The notes under the pieces were generated by a model. It did no database searches, had not been told where the DNA came from, and worked only from the letters and a program-made list of their open reading frames with translations. A program made the position numbers and the translations under genes. From the NCBI GenBank assembly GCA_951406725.2, contig OX597836.1, positions 3,782,001 through 3,846,000 on the forward strand: a stretch of DNA of 64,000 bases. Reading direction: 5' to 3'. The stretch comes from Octopus vulgaris (lineage: Eukaryota). Shown here piece after piece: positions 59,959-64,000 of this stretch. The first letter of the stretch is position 1; every line of letters starts with the position of its first letter.

Positions 59959-60378
59959 GGCGAAGGAGTGGCTGTGTAGTAAGTAAGCTTGCTTACCAAC
60001 CACATGGTTCCGGGTTCAGTCCCACTGCGTGGCAACTTGGGCAAGTGTCTTCTACTATAGCCTCGGGCCGACCAAAGCCTTGTGAGTGTATTTGCTAGAC
60101 GGAAATTGAAAGAAGCTCGTCGTATATATGTATATATATATGTGTGTGTGTGTGTATGTTTGTGTGTCTGTGTTTGTCCCTCTAGCATTGCTTGACAACC
60201 GATGCTGGTGTGTTTACGTCCCCGTCACTTAGCGGTTCGGCAAAAGAGACCGATAGAATAAGTACTGGGCTTACAAAGAATAAGTCCCGGGGTCGATTTG
60301 CTAGACTAAAGGTGGTGCTCCAGCATGGCCGCAGTCAAATGACTGAAACAAGTAAAAGAGTAAAACGAGTAAAGAGTA
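59959..60378 (+). mobile_element. SINE family B (tRNA-like head, CORE-like cttgggcaagtgtctt), full length
   Basis: Reference copy; tail of aagagta-type repeats. Confidence 0.9.
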
Positions 60379-60381
60379 TAT

Positions 60382-60625
60382 ACTTTATTAATAAAACTAC
60401 AAAGACATCACAAAAACGGTTGCTCAGAGTTTTCATGTTCCCGTTCGTCGGAGAGTCTTGGTTGTGTATGCACATATGCATAGTCATATCTAACGGAAAT
60501 GGGTAACTCGGAGTAAAATATTTTTGCGATGTCTTTGCACCTTTAATAATAAAGCATATTACTCTACCTCCAGTATTCGAGTACTATTCTGTTGCCACCT
60601 TGCTTCACAATTATGTGTTTACTCT

Positions 60626-60630
<5 letters not shown>
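60382..60630. mobile_element. Inverted pair of Penelope-like terminal repeats (same family as 57157-57349)
   Basis: ctttattaataaaactacaaagacatcacaaaaa versus tttttgcgatgtctttgcacctttaataataaag. The segment tattactctacct..gtattcgagtact matches 57190-57225 in reverse complement. Confidence 0.65.
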
Positions 60631-60689
<59 letters not shown>

Positions 60690-61588
60690 TGTGTGTGTGA
60701 GTGTATACAGTTATGGAAATAATTTATTTAGGATAAATAATCCTTATATTGCAGAAAAATCTGTCAGCGGCCAACCATGAGACACACATACATACATATG
60801 ACTGATTTTCCTTCAGTATAAGGGTTATTTATCCTATTCGTGTTGTTCAGCATTATTCTACGTTTAAGAATAAATTATCTCCATATCTGCCATATTTCAA
60901 TGCATTTCGACGCTTCTTACAAAACAAGCGTGTTTCTTTACTTATATCGTAATTTGTTTTATATATCAACCTGTGTATATATATACTTTTAACGGCGAGA
61001 TTTGAAATCAGAATGTAAAAAATCGGTATAAAACTGCAAGAATTTTTGCTGACGTTCTACCAATTCTACTAATAAGCTGCCCCAGAAGGATGAAAAGGTT
61101 GTCGACCAGGGCGAGATTGGTCTTAGAATGGAACATGCTGTAAAAAATGCCGACGATCCAACCAGCTCGAAGCCTGAACAAATATAAACTAAAAGCTTAT
61201 AAGAACAGCTGAAAGGATATGATTTTTAGAGATTTTGCGTGAAAACTTATGCACTGATTAGATAGTTTAAACATAAGATCTCCAAAAAATTTCTGCACGA
61301 AGAACGAACTGTTAGGTATAGGCTAACGTACATAATGTGGAAGAAGAAAAAAGAAACACACACAAAAAAAAACAAAGAAAGGAAGAAAAGAAAGAAAGAA
61401 AGAAAAAAAGAAAAGGAAATGAAGCAACAACAACAACAACAATAGCGAAAAAAAACAAATAAATACTCAGAAAAAAAACTAAACCTCTGCCGTCAACACA
61501 AACAACGTAAAGTTGCTTTTGATCATAAATCTGTGCGATCAGGGACGACCTAGTTTAGGAAAACGAACAACAGCAGCAGCAGCAGCAA

Positions 61589-61652
<64 letters not shown>

Positions 61653-61926
61653 CGCAGCAACAACAACATCATCAGCAGCAACACCAATAACAACAACAAT
61701 ATCAAAAAGTATTAGCAACAATGCCATAACTTATTCCTGAAACAAATTTATGAAACATCAAATACAGCATGATATAAAAAACAACAACACGCTCATACAC
61801 AGAAAGATGCTCCAACACATAATACACACACACACATATATATATTTATACACGCACATTATACATATACGTGCATACATATTGGTATATACATACGCAT
61901 ATACACACACACAAATATATGTAAAT

Positions 61927-61998
<72 letters not shown>

Positions 61999-62127
61999 GT
62001 ATATATACATACATACATACATACATATATATACACACATACATACATATATATAGTATGTATGTTTGCATCAATGAAATGTCCAAGCGTGCTTGTGAGT
62101 CTGTGTATGTGAGGGCATCTGTGTACG

Positions 62128-62197
62128 TTATTATTATTATTATTACTATCATTATTATTATTATTATTATTAATACTATTATTATTATTATTAATAC

Positions 62198-62263
<66 letters not shown>

Positions 62264-62275
62264 CATTATTAATGC

Positions 62276-62308
<33 letters not shown>

Positions 62309-62316
62309 TGCTATTT

Positions 62317-62375
<59 letters not shown>

Positions 62376-62440
62376 ACTATTATTATTATTATTATTATTA
62401 TTATTATCATTATTATTATTATTATTATTGTTGTTGTGGT
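62128..62440. repeat. (ATT)n microsatellite
   Basis: Direct repeat. Confidence 0.95.
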
Positions 62441-63620
62441 TGTGGATTTTAATTGGTTAGACACAAGAGAGAGAGAGAGAGAGTGAGAGAGAGAGAGACG
62501 GGTGAGATAACAAGTGTGAAGTGCATTGTGTTTCTGGTGCAACGCAGAGAGAAATCATATCAGTGAAAAAAAGGGAAATCAAACTGGTTAATAAGGGTCT
62601 AAGCTATATATCAAACCAGTTATCTGGAAATATAAAGAGTAAATGTGTGTATAAGTCTATGTGTTTGTGTTTTTGTGTGTGTGTATGTGTGTGAGCGAGT
62701 GCGTATCTTTGTGTATGTCTGTGCATTTGTTATGATATATATGTATATGTTTATGTATATTTATCATATACATTATATATACATATTTTATATATATTAT
62801 ATATATTAATATATATACATATATATATATATACATATATATATATAATGTATATACGTGCATATATATATACATATATATATACTTATTATAATATGCA
62901 AGTATTGGTGTAATATACCTACAGCTGTATATGAGTGTGTGTGTGTATAAGTATACACTTGTACACATATACTTTAGTATGTGTACATATGTAAATATAT
63001 ATATATATTTATATATATGTATATATATATGTATTTATAAACTTACGTGCCGTTATATAGGCACATATATACCCATCAATGCTTATATGCATTCAAATAC
63101 ACACATATATGTACACACCTATATGCATACACACAAACGTATACATATAAATATACATACTGACAAGCTTATGCATATACTAATAATTACACCTGTCTTT
63201 TAGATACGTATACTCACATACAGAAGTAGAAAGTAACCCCCCCCCACACGCACACACACTCAATGACAAACGTAAATTTTGGAAATACCAAAAACAAAAA
63301 TAAAGCAAAAATATATAAAATTGCGCCTAACATCGTAATATACAAAAATATAGAAATTTTTAATTTGATTCAACTGAAGATTGAATTAAAACTTGATAAC
63401 AGAATATCCCCAAAATACCATTCTGCAGCATTTTCTGATATTCTGAAAACGGTCAGTACCATTTCTAAGAACGACATCTGCAGCTGCAATATAAATATTT
63501 GGAATAATGTAATTCCACAAGGAAAAAATGTTATCTATCATTTATCAAAATCCGAACACAATATGTATTGAAATATGCATATATGTACGTAGTTGGATAA
63601 GTATTTGTGTGTTTGTGTTT

Positions 63621-63680
<60 letters not shown>

Positions 63681-63958
63681 GTGCGTGTGTGTGTGTGTGC
63701 GTATGTATCAATGTATGCATAATTTATACTATATATTTGGGAAATTCTGTCAGTTTGTGGAGTTGTTAGCTAACTCCCCCTACATCGTTTTATCGATTTT
63801 GCTGAAACGTGACTTGTGAGTAGAACTCATATCTGGAAACCTCATGGAATACTCAGATTGTTGAAAAGATAGGGCCCCTGGAAGGGATCCTTATATATAT
63901 CTAATATATTTTTATTTAAAAAACCAAGGGAAATAAACCATTCGCTCCTGGAAGGGGT

Positions 63959-64000
<42 letters not shown>

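Overview
AT-rich, microsatellite-dense eukaryotic DNA. The SINE families and the long (TA)n/(TATC)n/(ATT)n/(CA)n tracts suggest a cephalopod (Octopus-like) intronic or intergenic region; this is an inference. Almost all ORFs in the supplied track are translations of simple repeats. The recognisable coding sequence is all transposon-derived: a young 5'-truncated L1/Tx1-clade ORF2 inside a (TATC)n array (30688-32430), an older internally deleted copy of the same family (13990-14822), an R4/Dong-type endonuclease end, two RTE 3' ends, Penelope-like remnants, and a nested mariner-in-mariner. Three tRNA-headed SINE families recur many times. The most notable signal is a set of hammerhead-ribozyme folds. 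Two have complete canonical cores and palindromic stem III (50584-50695, 52820-52868). A CCGACGA-core variant sits in fold-back Penelope-like termini, and several further copies are decayed. One SINE family shares its 3' tail with the Tx1 LINE and shows a recurring head-to-tail junction. No host gene could be confidently identified; only a few weak exon candidates are offered.
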